Shown here in pieces: positions 16,812 through 24,906 of a stretch of DNA of 64,000 bases (position 1 is its first letter; each line of letters opens with the position of its first letter). The translations under genes were made by a program, and so were the position numbers. This DNA is from a virus (Duplodnaviria > Caudoviricetes). The DNA lies in the IMG/VR virus record IMGVR_UViG_2681813215_000001, positions 4,521 through 68,520 of that record, one strand, 5' to 3'. The notes beneath the pieces were generated by a model. It did no database searches. It was not told the DNA's origin and was given only the letters and a program-made list of their open reading frames with translations.

Positions 16812-17071
16812 GGACGCCTGATGTGTGGGTTAACCACTCCGGGCGTGGGGGGTCTGAACGGGTAATCCTCCCCTCAAGGGGTGAGGTTGCGCGGGCTTCG
16901 GAATACATCGGATGGGCCTACAACAGTTGTTGGCAGACGGCTCTAGATCTCTACCGCGAGAAGTACGGGGACGAACCAAATTTCGCCGTAGACGCCCCGG
17001 ACGGAGGCCTTCTATCTGCCGTGGAGTATCTGGATAAGGCTCTGACTGCGATAGAGGGGAGCGGTAAATGA
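16808..17071 (+). CDS. Hypothetical protein
   Basis: ATGA-coupled. Confidence 0.6.
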   Translation: MRTPDVWVNHSGRGGSERVILPSRGEVARASEYIGWAYNSCWQTALDLYREKYGDEPNFAVDAPDGGLLSAVEYLDKALTAIEGSGK

Positions 17072-17376
17072 GCGCGCGGAAGTTTCGAAAGAGGCCTGTC
17101 ATTGTAGAAGCGATGCGGTGGGACGGGACCGCCACCGGCTCCGCAATGATCGTGGATTGGATTTACGACAACGACGCCGAATGCCAGTACTACGCCCCCG
17201 GCGAGTGGAACGAAGAATGGCCCACGGTGGCGTACATAAAGATCGAGACACTCGAAGGCTCCATGCTCGCATCCTCTGGCGATTGGATCATCAGGGGTGT
17301 AGCCGGTGAGTTCTACCCGTGCAAGCCAGACATTTTCGAGAAAACCTACGAGCCTGTAGAGGAGAGCGGGAAATGA
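17068..17376 (+). CDS. Conserved phage protein (KFRKRPVIVEA...GEFYPCKPDIF type)
   Basis: Recognisable terminal motifs. Confidence 0.8.
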   Translation: MSARKFRKRPVIVEAMRWDGTATGSAMIVDWIYDNDAECQYYAPGEWNEEWPTVAYIKIETLEGSMLASSGDWIIRGVAGEFYPCKPDIFEKTYEPVEESGK

Positions 17377-17579
17377 GCAGGTCACGCGAGATCGTCGTTA
17401 CGGCTCCAGTCGTCGCCTTCAAGGGGCCACACGACACCGATGCCTCCATGTTCCTGGAGGCCGCGAAGCGTTTGGACGGTGGATACCCAATCGGGGGAAG
17501 CAATCTGGCCCGCGCCGTTTCTCAGTTGCTCAGATCTGCCGCTGCCGCTCTGCAAGTAGAGACAGGAGAAGATCGATGA
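17373..17579 (+). CDS. Hypothetical protein
   Basis: ATGA-coupled. Confidence 0.6.
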   Translation: MSRSREIVVTAPVVAFKGPHDTDASMFLEAAKRLDGGYPIGGSNLARAVSQLLRSAAAALQVETGEDR

Positions 17580-17815
17580 CGTACGGGATAGACCGGGGAG
17601 CTTTCAGTGAGCGTATCTACATCGGTCGCATCAACAAAGCCGGTACCGAGTGGGTAACCAAAGAAGACCACACCGATGCGGCCATATGGACAGTGGCAGA
17701 ACACGTCATCGAATCCTTCAACGGCGGTGTGGTGATAACACGTCCCGACGGTAAAAGACTGGAGATCACCGCCAAGTTTGTAGAGACAGGGGACAAAGAC
17801 GTGGTGAAGCTATGA
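17576..17815 (+). CDS. Hypothetical protein
   Basis: SERIYIGRINK...KEDHT..AI..VAEH. Confidence 0.65.
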   Translation: MTYGIDRGAFSERIYIGRINKAGTEWVTKEDHTDAAIWTVAEHVIESFNGGVVITRPDGKRLEITAKFVETGDKDVVKL

Positions 17816-18000
17816 GCTGGGCTATTCCGAGGTGGCGCATACGACAGAAGGGCGATAACGCCTGGGTTGTCGAAGAATATGGGCGACTCCCGAGTGGTGC
17901 AACGCAGTGGTACGTGGGAACTGTCGAGTTCTGGTCCGTTCACGCCCAGTTCCCCTCTGGTGCTGAGGCTATAGCAGCATTCGCGGCAGGTGGAAGATGA
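17812..18000 (+). CDS. Hypothetical protein
   Basis: ATGA-coupled. Confidence 0.6.
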   Translation: MSWAIPRWRIRQKGDNAWVVEEYGRLPSGATQWYVGTVEFWSVHAQFPSGAEAIAAFAAGGR

Positions 18001-18203
18001 GCGGGGACCTCTGGCGCGACGTAGATAAGTACCCCCACGAGTGTGTGGCAGAGGTTGGGCGACGCCGCGAAATACAACCCTGCGGCCTCCCCGCCTACGC
18101 CGTCGCGTTCGACCCAGAAGGCTATTGGCCAGTGTGTATTCATCACGCAAGAGGTCGGGATCTAGTACCGCTTTCAAAGATTCTGGAGCACACCCATGAG
18201 TGA
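17997..18203 (+). CDS. Small Cys/His protein, paralog of 13850-14053
   Basis: Direct alignment. Confidence 0.7.
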   Translation: MSGDLWRDVDKYPHECVAEVGRRREIQPCGLPAYAVAFDPEGYWPVCIHHARGRDLVPLSKILEHTHE

Positions 18204-18423
18204 CCCTGCAATCGAAGCCGCACAACGGGCGTGGGGTTTGTTGCCCGAACGGTCCTATGCAACCCGCGAACAGGTCATGAATGCCGCTGCCCGTGAGATG
18301 GCTAAGTCGGTACAGACAGTTATTGAGGAGTGGGACTCCAAGGGCGAACTCCACCCTCAGGTCAACGAATTACTAGACCAACTTGCGCCACTGGTCTACC
18401 CAAGTGAGGAACTAGGACTATGA
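18196..18423 (+). CDS. Hypothetical protein, paralog of 24904-25158
   Basis: DPAIEAA...LLDQLAPLVYPSEEL. Confidence 0.7.
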   Translation: MSDPAIEAAQRAWGLLPERSYATREQVMNAAAREMAKSVQTVIEEWDSKGELHPQVNELLDQLAPLVYPSEELGL

Positions 18424-18578
18424 GTCGCACCAAGCGCCGATTCAAGAATGGAAGCGGAACGCCGACATGTCACGGAATCGTCTGCCACTGCCTTTGCCAT
18501 GAGGTCTGCTACGGCGGACATGATGACCCAGACTGCGCCTCGCGCAAGGGTAAGCCCCTGGATGTTCTCGATGGGTGA
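18420..18578 (+). CDS. Cys/His-rich mini-protein
   Basis: MSRTKRRFK...CHGIVCHCLCHEVC; ATGA-coupled. Confidence 0.5.
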   Translation: MSRTKRRFKNGSGTPTCHGIVCHCLCHEVCYGGHDDPDCASRKGKPLDVLDG

Positions 18579-18720
18579 AGTGCGGAAACTCATCTGCATC
18601 TACTGCCATGAGGAGATCCGCCCAAACCAGACAGGCGGCTATTACCACATACAAACCCAGAGGCACGGATCTGATCAGAGGTGCTTTTTGTACGCAACAC
18701 CAGAGGGGCTAGAGCAATGA
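18571..18720 (+). CDS. Small CxxC protein
   Basis: MGEVRKLICIYCHEEI; similar layout to the next gene. Confidence 0.55.
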   Translation: MGEVRKLICIYCHEEIRPNQTGGYYHIQTQRHGSDQRCFLYATPEGLEQ

Positions 18721-18884
18721 CTGAGCGCTTGTGTCGGCACTGCCGCCGTCCAATCCTAGAATCCACCTTCTCTGAAGGTAAACGGTGGTGGCACCTTCCG
18801 TTGGGCCGCAACAACATCGCATCCCTGAACTGTTACGCGTTCGGAGACAGTCCTACCGCAGAACCTCAGGAGCTAGAGCGATGA
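18717..18884 (+). CDS. Small CxxC protein
   Basis: MTERLCRHCRRPI...WWH. Confidence 0.6.
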   Translation: MTERLCRHCRRPILESTFSEGKRWWHLPLGRNNIASLNCYAFGDSPTAEPQELER

Positions 18885-19057
18885 GCGCCCTTATCCGCCA
18901 GTGGGGCAGCAACTGGCACGTCCGATACGACGGCGAATCCACCACCACGGGCTCATTCATGGGTTGCGTCGAATGGGCTTGCGGAGCGCTAGAGCCCGGT
19001 GGGCCACCTATTTCCATTCAATGGGGACTACCGATACCGGAGGACCAAGCACCATGA
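18881..19057 (+). CDS. Hypothetical protein
   Basis: ATGA-coupled. Confidence 0.55.
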   Translation: MSALIRQWGSNWHVRYDGESTTTGSFMGCVEWACGALEPGGPPISIQWGLPIPEDQAP

Positions 19058-19239
19058 GCGAGTTGCTTGATAGGGCCAAAGCATCCCTAGAGGACTCAAA
19101 GTGCACTGATGAGATGCAAGATTTGTTTCGCGTGGGACTTGTGCGGGAACTCATCGCTGAAATTGAGCGCCTGGAACGGGTGAATGAACGATGGGGTGTC
19201 TGGTGGGAACGTCACTCCTGCGATGGGAGGCCGATCTGA
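19054..19239 (+). CDS. Hypothetical protein
   Basis: MSELLDRAKASLE...RELIAEIERL. Confidence 0.55.
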   Translation: MSELLDRAKASLEDSKCTDEMQDLFRVGLVRELIAEIERLERVNERWGVWWERHSCDGRPI

Positions 19240-19610
19240 TGAGTGACGAACCTTCGGACGCACAGAAGCTCATAGCGGAAGTGATGGTGACCCATGCGCT
19301 CGTCTATGACGATTGGGCGGTCGTTGACGCCGATTTCTACACGTGTGCGTGTGGCTGGCACTTGAGCACAAGCGCCAGCGTTCACGACCATGCCGCCCAC
19401 GTTGCCGCCGAGGTGGATAAAGCCCTTGGAGGACTCAACCGGACGTGGGCTGCTGTATTTCCAGACGGCTCCTACATGACCCCGTACCACGAAGTGTGGA
19501 ACTTCCACCCCAACAAGAGCGCTCGCGAACTGGCCGAAGGCGATGTAGCGGAATATGAAGACACCACCCTTAAGGCTCAATGGGTGTCTGGCTGGACGGT
19601 GACCGAATGA
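19239..19610 (+). CDS. Hypothetical protein with CxCxW...HxxH motif
   Basis: TGATG-coupled. Confidence 0.65.
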   Translation: MSDEPSDAQKLIAEVMVTHALVYDDWAVVDADFYTCACGWHLSTSASVHDHAAHVAAEVDKALGGLNRTWAAVFPDGSYMTPYHEVWNFHPNKSARELAEGDVAEYEDTTLKAQWVSGWTVTE

Positions 19611-19795
19611 GCGGCAACAAGACCCGGATGTGGACACGGGAATACAAGCTGATCACCTGCCACGAAGAGGTGGTTCGACGTGGCGAGTACGCGCCCTGCG
19701 AGAAGCCAGCCGTCGGATACGCCATGGATGACGACCGCAGCTTCTACCCGGTCTGCAATGAGCATCTGGTGAAAAACCAAGGGATGCAGCCGTGA
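19607..19795 (+). CDS. Small Cys/His protein, distant paralog of 13850/17997
   Basis: C...PCEKPAV...YPVCNEH. Confidence 0.6.
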   Translation: MSGNKTRMWTREYKLITCHEEVVRRGEYAPCEKPAVGYAMDDDRSFYPVCNEHLVKNQGMQP

Positions 19796-19980
19796 CTGAC
19801 TACCAAGACACCGGTAGCCGGCGGAAACCTACGGCATACACCGAAACCGGGGCAGCTGATCGGGTGTGCCCGGACTGTAGTGCCCCAGAAGGACATCCCT
19901 GTAGATGGATAGCCATGGATGGGCAGGGGGATTTAGGGAAACCAAGGCATTGGCCGCATGAGACACGTTGGAGGAAATGA
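19792..19980 (+). CDS. Small Zn-finger protein
   Basis: VCPDCSAPEGHPC...H..R. Confidence 0.65.
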   Translation: MTDYQDTGSRRKPTAYTETGAADRVCPDCSAPEGHPCRWIAMDGQGDLGKPRHWPHETRWRK

Positions 19981-19981
19981 A

Positions 19982-20299
19982 ATGCGTGACGATATTCACC
20001 CTGGACCGCGCATCATCTCCGGTAAGGCGGAACTACCCTGCCTGAAACCGGAGCCCTGGATGATCCAGGCGTCCTGCGCCACCGCAGACCCGGACGCGTT
20101 TTTCCCCCATAAGCGTGGCGACGGTGATAGTGAGTCGATCACCGTGCAGTACCAATACGCCAAGAAGATATGCCGCTCATGCCCAGTCAGGGTTGAGTGC
20201 TTGACCTACGCGATCGTCAACGACGAACGCGACGGGATCTACGGCGGCTTAGGCCCTCGTGAGCGCGCGAAGATCATGCGTAACAGGGAGGCCAGCTGA
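19982..20299 (+). CDS. whiB: WhiB family transcription factor
   Basis: WMIQASC...DAFFP...AKKICRSCPVRVECL...GIYGG (four Cys). Confidence 0.93.
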   Translation: MRDDIHPGPRIISGKAELPCLKPEPWMIQASCATADPDAFFPHKRGDGDSESITVQYQYAKKICRSCPVRVECLTYAIVNDERDGIYGGLGPRERAKIMRNREAS

Positions 20300-20967
20300 T
20301 GTCCAATGAGATCTGGCGCCCGGTGCCCGAATGGGAAGGGCTTTATGAGGTTAGCAGCACTGGGCGGGTGCGAAGCATAAACCGCGTCAGCATCTCTCGA
20401 TTGGGCCGTAAGACATCGCTGCGAGGAAGGGTGCTGAAACAGAGGTTCGGAAAGCACTACTACAAAGTGGAGCTGAGTCGATCCGGGGTTCACAGCACTG
20501 CGCATGTGCACCAACTGGTGTGCAAAGCATTTCATGGCCCTCGTCCGCCTGGTGCTGTGGTCCGACATCTAGACGGGAATGGGCGTAACAACCACAAAGA
20601 CAACCTCGCGTGGGGTACTTGGCAAGAAAACAGCCAAGACATGCTCGATCACGACACCGCGTACTGGGCCAATAAGACTCACTGCAAATACGGCCACGAG
20701 TTCACCGAATCAAATACCAGGCTAGATAGAAGTCCAAACGGTGGAACCAAGCGTTCATGTCGTGAATGCGAGCGACGGCGCGCCATTCCCAAGAATCGGC
20801 GTCGTGACGAGCTGAAGCGCGTGAGTAGGCCATGGAGGCTGTGCGCGGTATGTGGTGAGCGATATCAATCCGCGTATCAACATTCGGCTTACTGCTCGAC
20901 AGAGTGCCGCAAGATGTCTCGGCGCGTTGGGTACAAACGCAGGGCCGCACGGCAGGAGGCAAGCTGA
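20299..20967 (+). CDS. NUMOD4-HNH homing endonuclease
   Basis: EIWRPVPEWEGLYEVSSTGRVRS; VHQLVCKAF...VVRHLDGN..NN; THCKYGHEF. Confidence 0.92.
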   Translation: MSNEIWRPVPEWEGLYEVSSTGRVRSINRVSISRLGRKTSLRGRVLKQRFGKHYYKVELSRSGVHSTAHVHQLVCKAFHGPRPPGAVVRHLDGNGRNNHKDNLAWGTWQENSQDMLDHDTAYWANKTHCKYGHEFTESNTRLDRSPNGGTKRSCRECERRRAIPKNRRRDELKRVSRPWRLCAVCGERYQSAYQHSAYCSTECRKMSRRVGYKRRAARQEAS

Positions 20968-21281
20968 TGCCGCACTCAAACCCTACCGACTGGATAGCAG
21001 GGGGAAGTGTCGCCGCGGACATCGTCGGATGCCTCACCGGTCTTGTCGCTGACCTGTCATGGCAAGACGAAGCAGCGTGCCGCGGACTCCCCACGGAGTG
21101 GTGGTTCCCAGATCAAGGCGCAAGCCGGGAATGTAAGCGGGCCAAGGAAATCTGCCACGGATGCCCAGTCAAACTCCAATGCCTCCAATTCGCCATAGAG
21201 GTACACGACCAACACGGTATCTACGGGGAGCTGTCATTGAAGGACAGGCGTAGGTGGAACCAGGAAAGGAAAGCGGGCTAG
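20967..21281 (+). CDS. whiB: Second WhiB family transcription factor
   Basis: WQDEAAC...WWFP...AKEICHGCPVKLQCL...GIYG. Confidence 0.9.
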   Translation: MPHSNPTDWIAGGSVAADIVGCLTGLVADLSWQDEAACRGLPTEWWFPDQGASRECKRAKEICHGCPVKLQCLQFAIEVHDQHGIYGELSLKDRRRWNQERKAG

Positions 21282-21322
21282 ACACCGCGACTTGTCCTGA
21301 AACGGAGGATAATTGAGGTATG
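21279..21322 (+). promoter_or_regulatory. TAGAC-box leaderless promoter element, copy 1
   Basis: TAGACACCGC-N19-GATAAT-TGAGGT-ATG. Confidence 0.75.
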
Positions 21323-21643
21323 GGCACATTACCTGATGCAGTACCACAGATGCCCGTATGTGGTGCTTGCGGCGGCGAGACTAGATCTGACGGCGAGCAC
21401 TTCTATTGCGAATACTGCCTACTTGGATTCGCGCCGATCACACTAATTGCATTCTTCCTTGATCCCAACGCCAAAACATGTGGGGCTCCATGTGACAACA
21501 GCTGGCACGGCGACCACAGAATCCGGCAAGGGTGGGGCTATGACTGTGGACCGTGTGGGCTCCCTGCCGGTCACGAATCGATGCATTGGACCAACTGCCA
21601 ACCGAAGCAAGTAGCGGCAATTCCCGGAGGTAGTGAGAGTTGA
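21320..21643 (+). CDS. Cys-rich hypothetical protein
   Basis: Several CxxC motifs; preceded by the TAGAC-box element. Confidence 0.7.
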   Translation: MGTLPDAVPQMPVCGACGGETRSDGEHFYCEYCLLGFAPITLIAFFLDPNAKTCGAPCDNSWHGDHRIRQGWGYDCGPCGLPAGHESMHWTNCQPKQVAAIPGGSES

Positions 21644-21930
21644 GTAAGTACAAGATGCCCGACCCACCTGCTGGCATGTGGTGGGAGGTCAAGTTTGACA
21701 AGCCGCTAGAGAAGACATATTTGATGGTCAAGCTACGCCGCAAGGCATGGGGCATCTTCACCAAGACGGTCGACTGGTCGTGTTATTCGCCGAGTGTCGA
21801 CGCGGAAATCAATGCATACCGTTCCGTATGGCTTGCGGAAGAGATCCTCAAAGGTAAAGGGGCGGAAGCGAGGCGGTTTAAGCGGTCAGATTTCGGACTC
21901 AATGGTTTGACGGGGTACCGCCGTGGCTGA
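21640..21930 (+). CDS. Hypothetical protein
   Basis: Coupled; PDPPAGMWWEV. Confidence 0.65.
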   Translation: MSKYKMPDPPAGMWWEVKFDKPLEKTYLMVKLRRKAWGIFTKTVDWSCYSPSVDAEINAYRSVWLAEEILKGKGAEARRFKRSDFGLNGLTGYRRG

Positions 21931-22210
21931 GTTGAGTGCTAAACCGCTAGTCGCATCCATGTGCACGCTGTGTTGCGCAGATCGACATGAGGCCCCAAGT
22001 GCTGGTTGTCCTGGCGCAAATGCCACCGGTCCCCAAAGGATCCTATGGAACTGGAATGCCAAGTACCGGAAATCTTCACGCACCGTCACGCTGTCAATCC
22101 CACGCGCGGCGATAACCCTGTACGACGCGGACATGAACAGGATTGGCACCGTAGCCGAGTACGAGGCAGTAACTGGCGTCAAGGTGATATTAGGGAGTGA
22201 TGCCCCGTGA
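21923..22210 (+). CDS. Hypothetical protein
   Basis: Overlapping operon gene. Confidence 0.55.
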   Translation: MAELSAKPLVASMCTLCCADRHEAPSAGCPGANATGPQRILWNWNAKYRKSSRTVTLSIPRAAITLYDADMNRIGTVAEYEAVTGVKVILGSDAP

Positions 22211-22464
22211 GTGCTGAACCGCTTATACCGCACTGGCGCCAATCGGGTTTTGGTGAGTGTGACAACTGTGGACATGGTGCCAGCGCTCATGACTACAACA
22301 TGGGCGCGTGTCTATCTGTCAATGAGGGACAAGCTGGAATGTATCAAGGCTACTGCGGCTGCGACCAGCTGGAGAATGCTGCGGCTTCTGCTAATCGCCG
22401 CCGTCTCGCCTGGGAACGCTATATGGCAGAGAACGATCCACCGTCGAACGGAGAAGCCTTGTGA
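22207..22464 (+). CDS. Cys/His-rich protein
   Basis: CDNCGHGASAH...C...YCGCDQL. Confidence 0.6.
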   Translation: MSAEPLIPHWRQSGFGECDNCGHGASAHDYNMGACLSVNEGQAGMYQGYCGCDQLENAAASANRRRLAWERYMAENDPPSNGEAL

Positions 22465-22655
22465 GCGACCGCAGCGGAATCATCCGGCATCCCGCCAACA
22501 TCCTCGGTGAACTACAAGTCATCGGACTCCATATGCACACCCTGTCGGTTCGGTTGGATGAGTTGAGGGATCAGTTGGACCAAGTGGCGCAGATCGGTTA
22601 CGAGATGTGGGGAAAGCCGCAGCCGCACGAAGACTTCCCGAAGAAGGGCGCCTGA
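22461..22655 (+). CDS. Hypothetical coiled-coil protein
   Basis: GTGA-coupled. Confidence 0.6.
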   Translation: MSDRSGIIRHPANILGELQVIGLHMHTLSVRLDELRDQLDQVAQIGYEMWGKPQPHEDFPKKGA

Positions 22656-23333
22656 ATGTCCGTCTCTGACAGCTTCTTTCTAGATAAGGGCTCACAACAC
22701 AAGCTCCGTGAGGAGTTGGCCAGCATCCCCCGCATGATCGGGGAGCTGTCCGTCACCCTCACCCGCCAGGCCCGCATCCAGAGGCCGGGGTTGAGTATGT
22801 CCCGACGACCCAAACCTGAATCTCAGGTCCCCATCCATATCGGCGCACACAACGCCGCCGACGTACTGCACAACTGCTTGGGCACGTGGGTGAGGCTGGT
22901 ATGTGAACAGCGAGCGATCGTGTGGGACAAGGGCAACGACATCATCACCTTGGCGAAGTGGCTGCGAGTCAACATGATCGCCTTAGCCCTCACTGAAGGT
23001 TCAGAAGAAGCCTACGAGGACATCAAAGCCGCTATCGATGAGTGCTGGCGACAGATAGACATCCCCGCAGACGACGACATAGTGATCGACCGAGGTCGAG
23101 TCCATGAAGCCAATAAGCACATCGTAACCGCCGACACCATCGAACCTATTGCCCGCCGAATAGGGGAGATGGGCAAGAAGCTGAACGCGCAGCGAGTGCA
23201 CTCACTGACCCGTGGTGGGCATTTACGCCCGGTCTCCAGTGACCCGGATACGGGTAAGAAGTTCTACCGCCTGGGGGATGTACTACACGCGCACAACAAC
23301 TGTGAGAAGCGGGACCGGAAGAAGGGTGCATGA
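22656..23333 (+). CDS. Putative late-transcription regulator with C-terminal wHTH
   Basis: Position at the end of the early region; RVHSLTRGGHL...KFYRLGDVL. Confidence 0.6.
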   Translation: MSVSDSFFLDKGSQHKLREELASIPRMIGELSVTLTRQARIQRPGLSMSRRPKPESQVPIHIGAHNAADVLHNCLGTWVRLVCEQRAIVWDKGNDIITLAKWLRVNMIALALTEGSEEAYEDIKAAIDECWRQIDIPADDDIVIDRGRVHEANKHIVTADTIEPIARRIGEMGKKLNAQRVHSLTRGGHLRPVSSDPDTGKKFYRLGDVLHAHNNCEKRDRKKGA

Positions 23334-23509
23334 TGAGCGACACATTGAATCGGCAGCTCAATCAAAAAGTCAAAGAGCTGCAGGATGATATAGAGGCGTG
23401 GGGTCGCAAGGCCGAGTGGGCGCTACTGCAGGACGATGTGGGCTGGTGGTACGACGTTCTTGAGGCTCTTGTAAAACGCGGTAAAAAGATGAAAGAGACG
23501 GGAATCTAG
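23330..23509 (+). CDS. Hypothetical protein
   Basis: ATGA-coupled. Confidence 0.5.
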   Translation: MMSDTLNRQLNQKVKELQDDIEAWGRKAEWALLQDDVGWWYDVLEALVKRGKKMKETGI

Positions 23510-23620
23510 ATGTGCCCGCCACGCTGCCGGGGATGTGTGCATGAACAACACGAGCATGAGGCTTGGTGGGGTAGATGCCTACATGCGGACTGCGATTGCG
23601 ATCAGTGGGAAGACCGCTAG
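23510..23620 (+). CDS. Cys/His-rich mini-protein
   Basis: MCPPRCRGCVHEQHEH...CLHADCDCDQW. Confidence 0.45.
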   Translation: MCPPRCRGCVHEQHEHEAWWGRCLHADCDCDQWEDR

Positions 23621-23727
23621 TTCCGGTGTGGCTCGATTGCGACACGCCGACCAGCTGATATACCCCTTAACCATCGTCAAGTAGTAAACTGCGCCTAGGC
23701 GCAACTCGCACCCCCGCATAGTCCCCT

Positions 23728-23758
23728 CCCCGTCCTCTCGTTAGGGGCGGGGTCTTTT
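23728..23758 (+). terminator. Intrinsic terminator-like hairpin plus U-tract
   Basis: CCCCGTCCT...AGGGGCGGGG-TCTTTT. Confidence 0.6.
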
Positions 23759-23775
23759 CATTCCCGGAGGTTCCC

Positions 23776-23922
23776 ATGCCTCTGTCTCGTGTCCGCTGCT
23801 GCATCCCCTGTGGCCGTATCCGCTACGCCCCCTGCTCTGCAGGGTGTCGAGTAGATCCCGAGAACGACCCAACAAGCTGGACAGAACAGGTGACCGTGCC
23901 CGCCGAGGCTGATCCGTCGTGA
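23776..23922 (+). CDS. Small Cys-rich protein
   Basis: GGAGG RBS; MPLSRVRCCIPCG. Confidence 0.55.
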   Translation: MPLSRVRCCIPCGRIRYAPCSAGCRVDPENDPTSWTEQVTVPAEADPS

Positions 23923-24086
23923 TTCTGTGCCGCATCGGCTGGCATCACTGGGAGAAGTGGCGCCTCAATAAGCGCTTCATCGACACCTCGTGGGACTGCG
24001 ATGTTCCCTCGGCGCAGTACAAGCGCTGCTGCATCCGCTGCGGTAAGCCGCAAACCGAGTCCATCCGCGACTTCTCCAAGGATTAG
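23919..24086 (+). CDS. Small Cys/His protein
   Basis: ILCRIGWHHW...KRCCIRCG; GTGA-coupled. Confidence 0.55.
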   Translation: MILCRIGWHHWEKWRLNKRFIDTSWDCDVPSAQYKRCCIRCGKPQTESIRDFSKD

Positions 24087-24094
24087 GTGCCGCC

Positions 24095-24391
24095 ATGCTC
24101 GACAGATTCTTCGCAGCACTAGCCGGCGCCATGGCCCCTCTACTCGTGGCCATGTGTGAGCGCATCGCGAACAGGAAGATCCCTGACGACACGGTGCCGA
24201 AGTTCATGGACGGCCTACTGGACATTGCCCGAGACGGCGTTGACCGCGCCGTCGGTGTGGTGCAGACGTCCGCCGACGGTATCGCCGGTAGCGCGGAAGC
24301 TGAACTAGGCCAGCTCGGTTCGGAGATCAGGGGAGTGGTCAAAGCGGCCAACCTCATCGATATTCTCGGCAGCCTGTTCGGGCGACGCTAG
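24095..24391 (+). CDS. Hypothetical protein
   Basis: Clean ORF; its stop TAG begins a TAGAC box. Confidence 0.7.
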   Translation: MLDRFFAALAGAMAPLLVAMCERIANRKIPDDTVPKFMDGLLDIARDGVDRAVGVVQTSADGIAGSAEAELGQLGSEIRGVVKAANLIDILGSLFGRR

Positions 24392-24433
24392 ACACCGCTG
24401 GTACCGGCCGTTTCGCGATAAGATTGGAGCATG
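24389..24433 (+). promoter_or_regulatory. TAGAC-box element, copy 2
   Basis: TAGACACCGC-N20-TAAGAT-TGGAGC-ATG. Confidence 0.7.
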
Positions 24434-24571
24434 AACCTCTTTGAGGCGCTGGAGCAGGTGCCTATCTGGCAGACGCTCCTAGCGATGCTGGTTCTCGTTA
24501 TCGTCGGTGACATCACTAGATTCGCCACGACCGCTCTCTATAACCGCTTCAGCCCCACAAGAAGGCGGTAA
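24431..24571 (+). CDS. 46-aa membrane protein
   Basis: WQTLLAMLVLVIVGDI hydrophobic helix; follows copy 2. Confidence 0.6.
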   Translation: MNLFEALEQVPIWQTLLAMLVLVIVGDITRFATTALYNRFSPTRRR

Positions 24572-24583
24572 CGGGGGCCTCAC

Positions 24584-24627
24584 TTGCCTCCGCGGACTCC
24601 CCGTTCTACTATCGAACACATGTTCGA
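24584..24627 (+). promoter_or_regulatory. SigA-type leaderless promoter overlapped by a LexA (SOS) box
   Basis: TTGCCT-N17-TACTAT-N7-ATG; TCGAAC-ACAT-GTTCGA at 24612-24627. Confidence 0.85.
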
Positions 24628-24865
24628 CAAGGTGTCATACCGTATCGAAGGGGATGGACCCGTCATAGCGGTACTCACCTACCAAAACCGGGAGTACCGG
24701 CACACCTCCCGAACCATGTGGCTGGGACACGAATACGGCATGCCGCAGGGCAGATTGCAGCTGTCGCCGCACATTTCGGTGAGTCTTCGCCGCATCAACG
24801 GAACCATAGAAGCCACCATCACCGATTCTAAGACTGGTGAAAGCTACACCCTCACACCTGAATAG
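24620..24865 (+). CDS. Putative SOS-regulated hypothetical protein
   Basis: MFDKVSYRIEGDGP; ATG lies inside the SOS box. Confidence 0.75.
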   Translation: MFDKVSYRIEGDGPVIAVLTYQNREYRHTSRTMWLGHEYGMPQGRLQLSPHISVSLRRINGTIEATITDSKTGESYTLTPE

Positions 24866-24906
24866 ACACCGCGACTTGCGCTGCGCCTCGGTAAAATTGA
24901 GGGATG
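24863..24906 (+). promoter_or_regulatory. TAGAC-box element, copy 3
   Basis: TAGACACCGC-N19-TAAAAT-TGAGGG-ATG. Confidence 0.75.
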
